From Callorhinchus milii (lineage: Eukaryota), in assembly GCF_018977255.1 (NCBI RefSeq), contig NW_024704742.1, positions 114,328,001 to 114,392,000 on the forward strand: a stretch of 64,000 nucleotides of DNA, read 5' to 3'. The notes below the pieces were generated by a model. The model was not told the DNA's origin. It saw only the letters and a list, made by a program, of their open reading frames with translations, and made no database searches. Position 1 is the stretch's first letter. Every line of letters starts with the position of its first letter. Position numbers and translations under genes: made by a program. This document shows, piece after piece, positions 48,506-61,340 of the stretch.

Positions 48506-51500
48506 TTGGTCTATATAACCTGATAGGAAAAGTAAGATTTACTTGTGTTACTTATGATAATTTCTAGGATATTAATTTTCAACTACAACTGCTAAAACAT
48601 GAACAATCTGAATTTTCTGTACTTGGGAGTCTATTTTTGTAACATTGATATAACACCACAAAAAACCCACAGAAATACTAGGGGAAAGGAGGTATTTGTC
48701 TGTATTTAAAAATATATACATTTCCCACCTGCACAATCAATCCAGTAAACTTGTGACAGAAAGGTTATCTGCACAGTAACTTTAATTGCGTATCTGCCAC
48801 TTTTGCTCACTGGAGCTCACAATGATAAGATCCACTGCCGCTCTGGGAAGCTCCAAGTCCCTGTAGGAAGAGCCAAGTTGTTCCAAAACCCAAGACCATT
48901 TTGCTCTTAAATGGTCATGTTTTATCATCAAGGAGATGAAAGATGAGAGCTATTTGTTCACCTCGATCAAGAAACACTATTGCTTTTTGTGTCTTTTAGC
49001 TTGTTCAGTATTTTTTTTCTTTAAACAAAAAAACAACTGAAATCATGAACAAAACTACAGAATTCGCACAAACGGCAAAAAATAAGTTGTATAACGTGAA
49101 AGCACACAAAAAAATGATAACAGTAAAACTCACTCATTTGAAAAAGATAATTTTATATTATCAATACTCCAAAAAAAATTAAATGTTCATTTCCAATCAA
49201 ACATTCGCTAAGCATTTAAAAAAAAAGGATTGATACATAGCTTTGGCTTTTTTTTTCCCCTTTTAAAACATAGTTTAAATGTCAGTTACATTATACCTAA
49301 CCATGAAACTTTTGCTTTCAAAGAGCAAGCCAAATATTAAGTACCACTACTGAACCAATTCCAACATTTCTGTAAGAATTTAAAGATGATAAAAATGCCT
49401 CCTATATAGACGGATTTAAAATGGCAAATGCATACAAACAAGTTATCCCAAGCCACCAGTATTCTTTGGCTGGTTCTCCTGTAACAGCTGCCTCAGCTTG
49501 TGTATGTTCCGCTACTGCAGTAAACATGCCACAATTAGCAGTTCCCATGAAACCACAGCAATTTTGCTCTTATTGCAGGCAAGCAATAAGGCAAGCGAGT
49601 AATAGTAACAGTTTCAGGCGCGAGTCAACCATTGGTCTATTTAGCCTACCCATCCAACTTCCCAAGTGATTCCTTCAACACATCTATCTCATCGCCTAAA
49701 ACCTTGAATCTTTTAATTTCCAGGAAATTAAGTAATCTAGTTCCTTTTTGAAACTCTTTAATGACCTTCACCATTTTATGAATAAAATTGCTCTGCGCTT
49801 CCTTTTTGCTTAGTTCTTATTTTTAAGTTATGACCCAATGTTTCTGAATTTTGTGCACAGCAAAAAAAACTATCTGCATCCAAATTTCCCAAGCCCTTTA
49901 GAATCTTAAGATCTGAAAGTATTGCTTAAAAAGATTCAAATATAAGGTTGCCAACAAATGGTGCCACCTTTTTTATTAAATAGAAAAGCAGAAAGAATAA
50001 ATGGAGTAAACAGTAAAAATTGACAAGATATTCCAGTCTTCTAATTTTATTACAGGTTCCAGAAATGTGACAGTGCTTTAACCTGAATTGCTTACTGCTA
50101 AACTGCTGGTGGTCAGCCAAGCCCAACCTGACATGCCAAACTCTTTCAATCTTTTCTGAGTCAACAATAACCGTCACCATCCTAAATTCTGCTTAGGTCG
50201 ACAACTATAATTGAATAATTTTTGCAAGCCAGAGCCAAACATTACCATTAAATGCAAGTAAATTACTGCTATCACAGAGACCTGACTAAGCAAATACATG
50301 AACAGCATTTTAAAGCTGTTTCACTATTACACTGCAGTGGAATACAATTAAAAAAGACCTTGTTACTTTCTATTCTAAACATCTCTGTTACTTACTCCTG
50401 TGGAATATTTTCAGTGTTATCATGTTCTTCCAATTTTTAAAAAATACTTAATTTTTTTAAATATAATTATCCACCCAAACTAATTTGAATAAATAATTGA
50501 ACAAAGCCAATAGAACAGTATAGTAAAATGGTACCGTTATCTCTAAGAATGTAAAAATAAGGGCTGCATGTTAACAAATTCATACATTTACTTTTTCTCC
50601 CCCTTTTCACCCCTCCTAAAGACAATGTTCATGGTGAAGTGCACTTTTCATGGGAACCAACCGGTCATAATGCAATACCTCACCCAAATTATCGTTCTTC
50701 ATATTCAGAGGGATCATTTGACTTCAGGGTTCTTCACAACTAAGCCTGATCTATCTTCACACAGACACTTTCCACAAAGAGTTACCAATTTGCCTATGCA
50801 AGCCCAGAAGACACTGAAGCCAATTGTGGCATCCCCTTTACTGCCCCATCTGAAATCAGCTAATGCAGCATAAACTAGGATTCAAGTTTGTGATGTGTAT
50901 GGCCCAGTGGTACAATGGACGTTGTTTTCAATCATTAGACTTCAGAAGGACAACATTTGTTCATTAAAAAGAAAAAGAAAATATATCTCAACTTATTCCG
51001 AAGTTCAACTATCAATGTCTTGGTTTACCACAAATATGTATGTCACACTTCTTAATTCAGATAGAAAAGAGGTTAATTAAGTTTAATTCCTGAACATTAT
51101 TGGTCCTATCTAAACAATAGGAGAAAAATATAAATAGTTAAAACTCAAAGTTCATTTAGGCGAAACATTAGAAGCAATATTTTCCTCAATACACAAGAAC
51201 TGTAAAGTTATTGTTGAATTTTTAAATTGCTCTTCATATACTACTGGTGAATATTCAATGCCTAACTTTGTTTTAGATGGAAATTTAATAACTTTTAAGT
51301 CCACTATAGAAAGCATCAGCACACTGACAAATGAAAAATGTTCTGATTCTCTTAAATCAAACAAACTCAGCTTTCCTAACAGTGCCATAGGGAATTTCAG
51401 GCTAATGTAAAGCTGTAAAAATCAGTGCATCTGTACCTCCCAAATACTTAACATCTACACCTTACAAAGTCTCTTCTGACAGATCATTGGGATGTCAGTT

Positions 51501-51770
51501 GTGAATGGGAACATCATACACCACCCTTCTTATGGTAAAATAAATCTATACTGACTTTAGTACAAGTCATTTCAAATTAGAAACCTTCAGGTTTCACACT
51601 GATCTGTATTACCATAACACTTATTACTGAACTTCACTTTCCAATAGCTGTAGAATAAAATAACCATAAAATAATCCAAAATTAGTTAAACGGGCGTCAG
51701 TAATAAAATATGAACTGTAATTCTTATAAACTGTTTAAAATCAAACAAAACTGGAGAGAGATGTAAAATA

Positions 51771-52452
51771 ATACAACAACCTTACATTTGTATAGCATCT
51801 TTCACGTCGGGAGGACATCCCAAGGCGCTGGACAATCAGAGTTTCGGAACCAAGCTAGGGGTTGGGATTGAGGAGGATGGAGGGCAGGGGGGAAGCACGG
51901 TGATCGAAAGCATGGTTGAAGAGGAGGGTCTTGAGATGGGTCTTGAAGAAGGCAAGGGAGGGGGCGAGGCAGAGGGACTGCAGGATGGAATTCCAGAGGG
52001 TGGGGGCAGAGTGACAGAAGGCCCGCCCGCCAATGGTGGGGTGGGCGAGATGGGGGACATGAAGCAGGCCGGAGCCCGCTGAGCGGAGGGGGCAGGCAGG
52101 ATGGTAGGGGATTAGGAGGTCGCAGTGGTAGGGAGGGAGCAAGACCATAGAGGGCTTTGAAGGTGAGGACCAGGATCTTGAACTGTATCCTCTGTGTGAT
52201 GGGAAGCCAGTGGAGGTGATAGGGTCATGGAATCTGGTGCGGGAGAGGACACGGGCTGCAGAGTTCTGGGTGATCTGCAGTCTATGGAGGGAGGAGTTGG
52301 GGAGGTCGACAAGCAAGGAGTTTGCATAGTCAAGCCTCGATGTAATGAATGCGTGTATGAGGGTTTCGATGGCCTGTGGTGTAAGACAGTGGTGGAGCCG
52401 GGCGATGTTACAGAGATGGGGGTAGGCAGAGCGGGTCATGGCACGGATAGAA
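51771..52452 (-). mobile_element. L2 LINE 3' fragment
   Basis: Minus ORF ETLIHAFITSRLDYANSLL..LQITQNSAARVL..GGRAF.HSAPTLWN, and L2 tail at 51780-51830. Confidence 0.95.
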
Positions 52453-52844
52453 TTCAATCCTGGTGTGCAGATAACGTAATTGAATCAATCTCTCATATTT
52501 GACTGCCAGTCACTTATTTTTGTATTTTTCTAAATCTATTTGGTCTGAGACCTTTTCTTTTTTTCATCTTAACATTAATTAAGACGGTCTTTAAACCACC
52601 AGAAAACACGAAGGGTTACCAATCAGGCACAAAACTGGACTAGGATGTTTAATTCAGATGAGTCAGTTCAGAATGCTTGAAAGTTAAATTCTGACCTATC
52701 TAATCTTCTTTAACTACAATATTATTTGCCTGATCTCACAATGCTACATCAGTAAATTGACACAAAAAATGTTGAAATAAATAAAATGTTAATAAGTATA
52801 TTGGTAAGTAACAGTCCAGAGGATGGAAAACAACTTATAAACAT

Positions 52845-52980
52845 TGTGTCAGTTAGGTTCAATGGTGCCCTCTAGGTCAGAGGTTGTGAGTTCAAGCCCC
52901 ACATTGGAACTTGACTTTATAGCCAGTCTCAACACTACAATGCATACAAAAAGTGCTGCAATGTCAGAGGTGCAAAAGGT
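52845..52980 (+). mobile_element. SacSINE1-like SINE head
   Basis: TGTCAGTTAGGTTCA..GTCAGAGGTTGTGAGTTCAAGCCCCAC..GTGCTGCAATGTCAGAGGTGC. Confidence 0.65.
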
Positions 52981-53054
52981 ACCAAAGGAAGTTTTGTCTG
53001 CTTTTCCAGACAACAATTGTTCAGATTAATGGATTATTCACCTAATGCTTTGAG

Positions 53055-53965
53055 ACATCTCAACGCCGCGATCCTCTCTATGTGTGACCAGGGCTCCCTC
53101 TGCCTCCTCGACCTCCTGGACCTCTCCACCACGTTTCACACAGTCGATCATGCCATCCTCCTCGCCCGTTCTCCATCATCTACCTCAGTGGGACCACACT
53201 CACTTGGTTCGAGTCCCACCTTACAAACTGACAGGACTACATTTCCTCAATGGCTTTTCTTCGCGCTTCCACACACTCACCTGCGGGGTACCCCAGGGAT
53301 CCATCCTTGGCCCCTTTCTCTTTCTCATTTATATGCTCCCTCTCTGTGATGTAATCCGCAGACACAGGATTAACTTCCACACGTATGCGGATGACACCTA
53401 ACTCTACTTTTCCACCTCCAGCTGCAACCCTCATCTGGGTTGTCTGTCAGACGACAAGAGCTGGATGAGCACAAATTTCCTGCAGTTAAACGTCAACACG
53501 ACAGAATCCATACTCCTTGGCTCCAGCCGAGGTCTTCTGTCCCACAGTTACTCCAGTCCTTGCCAAACTCCACTGGCTCCCTGTCACAGAACGGATCGAC
53601 TTAAAGATCCTCACTTAAATCCCTCCCTTCCTTGGCACCCCCTCATCTCTCGAACCTCCTTTCTCCCCACAGCAGTACTCGCTGCCTCCGCTCTACTGGG
53701 TCCGGCCTCCTCTGTGTCCCCCGAATCCCCCATCGGTGGCCATACCTTCAACCACTACGCCCCGAAACTTTGGAACTCCCTCCCTCAAATCTCTCCTGCC
53801 CCATCTTCAGGTCGCGCCTGAAGACCTTCCTCTTCGACCGCGCTTATTATCATCTTCCCCTCCCCCTGGCTCGGCCTTGGGTTCTGCCATTGTTAAGCGC
53901 TCTGAGATGCCGTCCAGCATGGAGAATGCTGTATAAATGCAAGTTATTGTTGTTGCTGTTGTTGA
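53055..53965 (+). mobile_element. L2 LINE fragment with internal deletions
   Basis: [35 protein letters not shown] followed by a stop, NFLQLN..TE, and tail AAGCGCTCTGAGATG..ATAAATGCAAG(TTG)n. Confidence 0.95.
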
Positions 53966-55194
53966 TAAGGCGAGATTTCAAATGCATGGATGATTATTAT
54001 TATTATGTTTATGGAATCTTTCTGGTGCAAATGGCTGCCATGTTTATCTACAAAAACTATCACTTGACCAAAATTGACCAGAATTGCTTAAGAAGATCTG
54101 TGAGATGTTTTGTCAGGATAAAGTTCTGCATAAATTCACATTTTTCCTTATTTTTGATCAAGATCTCCTTCATGTTAATCTGACAATCACTGCGAATTCA
54201 ACAGACATGTTTTAAAAAACTAATCCTGAGAACTTGACTGCTATTCTTTTAAGGAGCTTTGAGTATCTGATTGGGACAAGGGGCAATGATAAAACGAAAG
54301 AAGACTGAAACAAATAGTTTCAATCCATCAGGTTCTGACAATCTGGAGGTAACTGAAAGTGATGCATTTTCAGTATTACAACAACAATTTGCATTTTATA
54401 GCGCCTTTCGCGCAGGGTAGCTTCCCGGAGCACTTAATTTAGTCCACGAAGCAGCCACCTGAGAAAGTGCAGCAAGATGTAAAGCCAATCTTCAGGGCAA
54501 AATTTTAATTTTCTATTACAGCTTCCAGCACAGGATTAGATTCTTCAACAGGTTTCAAACGTTAGGGTTTAACATTTTTAGTACAATATTTCAAGGGTTA
54601 ATGTTTTTTCATATCACAGCAGTAGTCATAGAGATGAAGATTAAAAATGCTTGATCCAGCCACAGGTTTGATACTTTGTAACAGAACAGATGTGGTCCAG
54701 ACTTTCAGATGTGGCTGGTTCGCTCATCTCAAATGAGAATGCCAACTTTAAAAGGACGCTTACTTTTGCTGCAATAAGAAACTGCCTGAAATCTTACACC
54801 AAATCTAACATGCTATCTTCAAAAGGTTGATGTGTATTGTCACAAACTTGTAAGCATTTCTTTTACAAAATATGGACATCAATTTATCTTTGATATGCCT
54901 TTCCCTAGCTTCTACCAACCAAGCCTGAGCGGAGAAACCAGCCACTCCCAGGCACTTCTCCATCAGCACTGAAGAGACGAGGAAGTGTACAACACAACAA
55001 TAAGCAACAGCTGTCATCTAGCAACCAATTTGTTTCCACTTGGTGCCTCTCCATTTATACCAACAGAATTAGGGAACCTAAATGGAGAAAATACATCCAT
55101 CGTTCGGTGTTATTCAAATTAGTGCCCCAAGTTGTCTCTGTGACCAAATGATCCTTTTAAAACAACAGACATCAGCAAACAAAAGAATTGTTGT

Positions 55195-55755
55195 TGCTTT
55201 CATCATATCCAGGTTTGACGATGTTAACTTTCTGCTCGCCGGACTTCCCAATTATTCCCTCCACAAGCTACAAGATTATTTAGAATTCTGCAGCTCATGT
55301 CCTCTCCCGCCCCAAGCTCCGTGAGCCGATCACCCCATCCTCGCCAAGCTTCACTGGCTCCCCATCCCCCACAGTTTAAGATCCTCGTCTTCACTTTTAA
55401 AGCCCTCCATGGTCTTGCTCTTCCCTACCTCTACGACCTACTAAAACCTTACGATCCTGCCCGCTCCCTCAACTCGGCATGCACTGGCCTACTCCATGTC
55501 CCTTTCCCTACCTTCCCACCATCGGTGATTGGGTCTTCAGCCTTCCTACCACAACCCGCTGCACCTCACCTCGCCCCCTCCCTTTCCTCCTTCAAGACCT
55601 GTCTGAAGACCTTCCTCTTTGACCATGCCTTCAGTCATCCTTCCTCTCTGCCCTCCACCCCTCTTGATTCGAGTGCAAACACTTGACTTTACAGTGCATG
55701 GGGATGCCCTCCCAATGTGAAAGGTATTATATAAATGCAATATGCTGTTGTTGTT
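55195..55755 (+). mobile_element. L2 LINE 3' fragment
   Basis: AFIISRFD..N.LLAGLP, FKILVFTFKALHGLA.PYL, FKTCLKTFLFDHAF, and tail. Confidence 0.92.
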
Positions 55756-55822
55756 CAAACGTACATATTGTACAACTTAAAATATTAATCAAGAAATAGC
55801 TAGCTACTTTATTATAATTGAA

Positions 55823-55925
55823 CTAGCTGTACCCGTTGCAGCTATGCTTGTAACCGATGGATCCAATATGGAATGTTGATTGACACACAGACAGACACAC
55901 AGAAAGACATTTCATCTTTATCTAT
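55823..55925 (-). mobile_element. Probable short non-autonomous Helitron
   Basis: Minus strand reads TATAGATAAAGATGAAATGTCTTTCTGTGTGTCTGTCTG...TGCAACGGGTACAGCTAG|T, giving a CTAG 3' end before T, a TCTG microsatellite and a degraded subterminal hairpin. Confidence 0.5.
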
Positions 55926-55931
55926 ACTCAT

Positions 55932-55985
55932 CTGGGAGGACTCCTGTAGGAGGACACCTTTTGGGAGGACTCAGTGTGAGGACTC
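55932..55985. repeat. Four degenerate GAGGAC(T/A)C units with a period of about 14 bp
   Basis: CTGGGAGGACTC CTGTAGGAGGACAC CTTTTGGGAGGACTC AGTGTGAGGACTC. Confidence 0.75.
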
Positions 55986-56149
55986 GGTGCTTTAAAATTT
56001 TGATTTTATTGTTGTTGCTTAGCTTTGTCTGTATTCTTTAATTTGTTCCCGCTGCCACTTGGCTACGTGGATGCTCTGTGACGCAGGATGCCACCACGGT
56101 CAGCCGGCACGGCCACCAGGTGTAACTGCATTTTGTACGTACATATGTT

Positions 56150-56422
56150 TAGCAAGCCGGAAGATGCTGAGTGAGGGCGCGGACGGGTTGATATGGGGCT
56201 AGAAGGTCACAGAAATAGGAAGAAACAAGGCCATGGAGGGTCTTGAAAGCGAGGATTTAACTCAATTTTCTGAAGGATGGGGAGCCAGTGGAGCCGGGCA
56301 AGTGTAGCGGTGATAGGGTCACGGAGCCTGGTGCAGGAAAGAACCCAAGCTGCAGAGTTCTGGATGATTTGCAACTTGTGGATGGAAGAGTTGGAAAGAC
56401 TGGCAACCAGGGAGTTGGCGTA
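56150..56422 (-). mobile_element. L2 LINE fragment
   Basis: Minus ORF YANSL..LQIIQNSAA.VL..LARLHWLPI. Confidence 0.9.
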
Positions 56423-57456
56423 GTGGTGTATCAAATTGAACACATTCACTCCAATAAATCCTTTCACTTCCTCGTTCCTTCATTCACTCACTGATATATT
56501 CCTTGGAATATATGCAATATCTCTGAGTTTCAGCTTGAATTGGCATCACAAACTGTGTAAGCCTATCTTTTATTGAAAGAATCACCTAGGCTCTTGAATG
56601 GTTATTTCAGAACAAGGAATTGGATTATCCAAGAGAAAGTGTTATGATGTACCAAACAGAACCTCAGTTCTAATTTTTCTCTGTACATTATACCTTTCCA
56701 AAATGTAATAGATACCAACACCCATCAACCCTTCCACAATTCTCCTCCTTTTAGAGCAAGTCAGAAAAAGAGCATCTTCAAATTCAATACTGAAAGAATG
56801 CTAAGCCCATTCAATCCATCGACTAAAGTTAAAGTATTCTTTATTTTACAAATTACTGAAAGTTTGTACTCATTCATTAAAAAGCCCTTTAAACCTACAA
56901 AGTCTTTCAAAAATTTTTAGTATTATTCTTCATATTCCATAAAACATTTTCTGCGAATTATGCAAGGTCATTATTATTGCAGAATCTGAGAAATGTTTAG
57001 AATCATAAAGCAATGGAACAAACTTGCAATATTCAAACATTGATTGCATTTTTTACTATTCATACAAAATTAGTCCCGATAATTCAAAGCTACTGTATAG
57101 TTTTTTTTAGCTGAGGCTATGTGACACTTTTCAGTTATTATTCTGAAATGTACCAACATATAGCTTCAACAATTACATAGTGTTTTATTTTCCTTAGCAT
57201 TTTTACTAAGATCAGTGATGATGAAAAATCAGTTGATTTTTATATGCAATTATATAACTTTGAGCTGTGAAATCGAGTCAATTTAGGATACTGGAGCAAA
57301 AAAAACAATATTCTGTTCACTGTCATTGCTCATCCGTCTCCCGAATTTATTGAATTAGAATTTCCTTTCCGCTGATGAGATGAACTTGAGAGGAGAAAAT
57401 GGTCAATTTCATCACAGACTCCTCTTAGGAAATTTTAGTTTTAAATACCTCCAAGG

Positions 57457-57640
57457 TAACAACGACAACATTACTTTTTTTATAGCGTCTTTCACGTCAG
57501 ATGGACGTCCCAAGGCACTGGGCAATCAGTGTTTCGGACCCGAGCTGGTTGTCAGGATCGGGGAGGGTCGAGGGCAGGAGGGGGAAGGAGGGTGATCGAA
57601 GGCACGGTCGAAGAGGAGGGTCTTGAGAGCAGCAAGGGAG
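57457..57640 (-). mobile_element. L2 LINE 3' end
   Basis: TATAGCGTCTTTCACGTCAGATGGACGTCCCAAGG..GGCACGGTCGAAGAGGAGGGTCTTGAG. Confidence 0.9.
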
Positions 57641-58131
57641 TCTAGATCAAGCAAAGTAACACCTAAATCAAGCAAAGTTTTCAAAGTCCAATAAATCTTC
57701 CAAAGAACACAATGTCAGTCAGAGAGATTCTCCTGAAAAGCCAATAACTGTCGCTAAGTGGAAGGGAATGACACACAATCCTAGCTCCATTCACCTAATC
57801 TCTGGAGACTCCGTGAGCAATGAATCTGACTCAGCAGTTTATCACCCAATTATTTAAAACAAAACTAACTAAATTGGCACTGGTAAGGCAGCATCAACAG
57901 ATGCTGGCCTCTGTAGCCAAGATAGAGGTGTCCACAAAGTGAAGTAGAAACAATATGCTTCATGACTGCTGTGTAGGAAGCTGGTCTTTGGTTTGTTGTT
58001 AACCTCAATGCAAATTTTTTAACCAAGGTACATGATGCTAAATTCTGAAAAAGTAGTTGATGTAGTTCTTTCTAAGAGAGATTATTCTTTTCCCATAATT
58101 CATAGGCTTTCCTCTCTCTATGCCACCAACT

Positions 58132-58161
58132 CCCCCCCCCCCCCCCCCCACACACACACAC
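58132..58161. repeat. C18 run followed by (AC)n
   Basis: Read directly from the sequence. Confidence 0.9.
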
Positions 58162-59114
58162 CTTGATTTTGGACGTGAAAAGATCAGCACTCAGCCAACT
58201 GTGCTATCATAAGAAGATGGTAATGTAGAATATATTGAATATGGAACAAATGTATGAAAACAGTTTTAGGAGGATTATCAGATGTATCCTTTTAAGAATT
58301 TTTAATTATATATCCTCAAATAGTTTGATAACTATTCATATAATTTCATTGCCCTATGTGTTTTTTAAGCTTCTATTTATTTTGTTCTAATCAAGTTTTT
58401 CCCAAGCATTGAGTGGTTATATTTAATGTAAATAAGCCCCAGTGAGATATTTTTTCTTCAGAAGTGTCACTGGGATATAAAGCTCCCTGCTGTGATTCTC
58501 TATGGACACATTCTACAGGATAAACCAAGAATACATTTCCTGGGGCTATATAAGTAATGACTTTCCACCAGATAATATGGGAAAAGTCAGCTCTAAATGA
58601 ACACAATCTCCTTAGACACCATTGTTAACTTACATCAAGGATTTTATTGGATACAAAAACATCCCCAAGCTACACAAGTATATTTAAGGTGCAAGAACAA
58701 TGCTAATAATGACAGTACTCCACTAATTTAAAAGAACAACAATTCATCGTAGTGGCACATTTGCCCATCTACTCAACATTTAGGAGTTTTGCAACCACAA
58801 AAATAATTATCTGAATTTCAGGGCAGATTTTTAGTAAGAGAGGCAATGTTTAGGTCTGTCCAGGTTTATTATGATATAATTTACTTTTGTATAAGTGTGC
58901 TGAACATGTTGGGTTTGCAAATTGGTCTGTGAGTTGCACAGGACCTGAAATGTGTTAGAATGTTTTCATTCTGAAATGAAATGTATACTGGCCAGTTAGG
59001 AATGGATTACAAGGCAGAAGTTTCATTGAGGCATTACAATTATGTCATATTTATCATCTCCATTTGGAGATTGAATTACTGCTTCTACTCCTTTTCCATC
59101 TATCCATTACTTTT

Positions 59115-59780
59115 TTTAAGAACCACAGAAATTTACAACTCAAAAGAAGACCATCATGTCTACGATGGCATTTGAAAAGAGCAATCCGTCAGTCCCATTT
59201 GCCTGCCTTTTCCTCCTCCTACAAATTATTCCTTTCTAGATATATATCTAGTTCCCTCTTGAAAGCTGATATGGATCCTGCTTCGACCACTGCACTTGCA
59301 GGGCATTCTACATCCTACCAAGTCTGTAAATAAATTCCTCTTAATCTCCCCCCTTGCTAACTGTTTTAAATCAATACCCTCTACTCACTGACTCACCAAA
59401 CAGTGAAAATCATTTCTTCCTGTCTGCTCTATCAAAACCTCTTTAAAGACGTCTTTAAGGTCTCGCCTCAAACTTCTCTGTGCCAACGAAAATACAATAC
59501 AATTTACCTTTATACAACGCCTTTCACGTCAGGAGCAAAAGTGCATTCACAGTGCTGGATGGACACTTGAGTTGCTCATAGGTTAAATAACTCATCCCTG
59601 GTATCATACCAGTAAATCTCTTCAGGAGTCTCTCAAAGGAAGGGTGACCAAATCTGAACACAATATTCTAACTACAGTCAACTAACAATTTATAGACATT
59701 AAACATTATCTCTTTGGCTTTATATTCCATGTCCTGATATATAAAACCTTGTATCCCATCAACGTTTTTCCGTTTTGCCC
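59115..59780 (-). mobile_element. Old CR1 LINE 3' remnant, interrupted by a short L2-type tail at about 59490-59555
   Basis: AGAACCACAGAAATTTACA (reverse complement of the CR1 terminus), ATCTAGTTCCCTCTTGAAAG, CTCTATCAAAACC and CCCTGGTATCAT. Confidence 0.7.
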
Positions 59781-60379
59781 ACCTGCCTTCCTTCTCACTA
59801 TTATATTACTCGGTGTCAGCACTTAGTCTGCCCATGCCATTGGATGATAATGCAAATTAACACATGACTACACATAATACAAGGTTGGTTGGCCATCATT
59901 AGATGCAGGATCTCTCAAAGGATGACGTGCTTCTGGATGATGAATTACAAAGAGTTTCAGCGTCACCCATTTCATACAGTCAGTATCAGTCAGTCCAACT
60001 CTGCCCCGTAACCTATGGTACATCCTCCCTCAAACCCTCCTATATCTTGCCCCTCTGTCTTCAAGTTCTTCAAGTTACCGCCTTAAAACCTACCTATTTG
60101 ACTGCATCTATAGTCATTCTATCTGTTCCATAGATTAGATAATTAAGAAAGAATACATTACAAGTAAATGGGAATGAAAGGGTTGCTCTTTAAAAGAGAC
60201 AGTACATGGGCAGAATGGCCTTCTTCTGTGCTGCAAATTTTTCAGGTTCTACAGTTCCCTCCTCTCTCTCTCCTACCTGCTCGGTGACCAACTGCACCAC
60301 TATAAAGCACTCCGAGATGTTATTGTACGTGAAAGATGGTATATAAATGCAAATTGTTGTTATTGTATCAGATATCAGA

Positions 60380-61340
60380 TACCTAGCACACTCACTCCCG
60401 AATCAGAAGATTATGGGTTCGGACCCTACCTATACTCCAGAACTTTAAACTCATCATCTGGACTGACACTCTTGCTTGTCGGCCTTCCCAACTCCTCCCT
60501 CCACAGGCTGCAGATAATCCAGAACTCTGCAGCCGGTGTCCTCTCCCGCACCAAACTCCGTGATCCCATCTCCCCCACTCTCGCCCGACTCCATTGGCTC
60601 CCTATCCTTCAGAGGATCCAGTTCAAGATCGTGGTCCTCACATATAAAGCCCCCCATGGCCTCGCCCCACCCTACCTCTGCAACCTCCTAACCCCCTACC
60701 AACCGCCCGTTCCCTCCGCTCACTCTGGCCTGTTCCACGTCCCCCGACCCACCCGCCCCCCCATTACCGGGAGAGCCTTCAGCCACTCTGCCCCCAACCT
60801 CTGGAATTTCATCCCCCAGTCACTCCACCTCGCCCCCTCCTTAGCCTCCTTCAAGTCCTGCCTCGAGACCCTCCTCTTCGACCATGCCATCGGCCACCCC
60901 TCCTCCCCTCCCCTCCCCCCCCGACCCCAGCTAGGGTCTGAAACACTGTACGCTGTCCAGCGGCTTGGGACGTCCTCCCGACATGAAAGACACTATACAA
61001 ATGTAATCTTGTTCTTGTTGTAATACTATGCTGGGGGTGTACTGCATTATTGGAGGTGCCTTCCTTCAGATGAGACATTAACCAAGGCCCTGTCTACCTG
61101 TTCAGGTGGATATCAAAGATCCCGTGGGACTATCAAAAAAAAGTAAATTTGTTCCAGAGTCCTGGCCAACAATACCCCAGATAAAAATTGATTATTAACT
61201 TTATAGTCGTTTGTGGAACATTGCTGCAAAAATTGGCTGCTTTGTGTCCCTGAAAATACACATTCACTACACTTTTCAGTAAAATCTTGTGAAGCATTTT
61301 GAAAACTTGACATTGAGATGAGGCATATACCAAATTTTTG
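60380..61340 (+). mobile_element. SacSINE1/Deu-like SINE split by an L2 insertion (pieces 60380-60470 and 61021-61340)
   Basis: Head TAGCACACTCACTCCCGAATCAGAAGATT..GACTGACACT resumes after the L2 as GTACTGCATTATTGGAGGTGCC..CAGATGAGACATTAA. Confidence 0.8.
60470..61020 (+). mobile_element. L2 LINE 3' fragment
   Basis: ORF 60472-61023 LHRLQIIQNSAA..LARLHWLPI..RIQFKI..RAFSHSAP.LWN, and tail GGGACGTCCTCCCGACATGAAAG. Confidence 0.95.

Noticed and set aside
48805-48875. 40- or 50-nt minus-strand exon (CTCTTCCTACAG|G ... |GTGAGC)
   Set aside because: Plausible signals, but expected by chance in 64 kb, not frame-preserving, and no peptide recognised
55932-55985. CRISPR-like array
   Set aside because: Units are about 8-bp cores with spacers of a few bases in a vertebrate context, so this is a minisatellite
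57211-57376. C/D box snoRNA (GTGATGA ... CTGA)
   Set aside because: Too long, no proper terminal stem outside the boxes, and no recognisable rRNA antisense element
58435-58606. H/ACA snoRNA-like arrangement (hairpins CCCAGTGA/TCACTGGG and GACTTTCC/GGAAAAGTC, ATATAA boxes)
   Set aside because: Hairpin sizes and ACA spacing do not fit one consistent two-hairpin model. A snoReport/Infernal search would settle it
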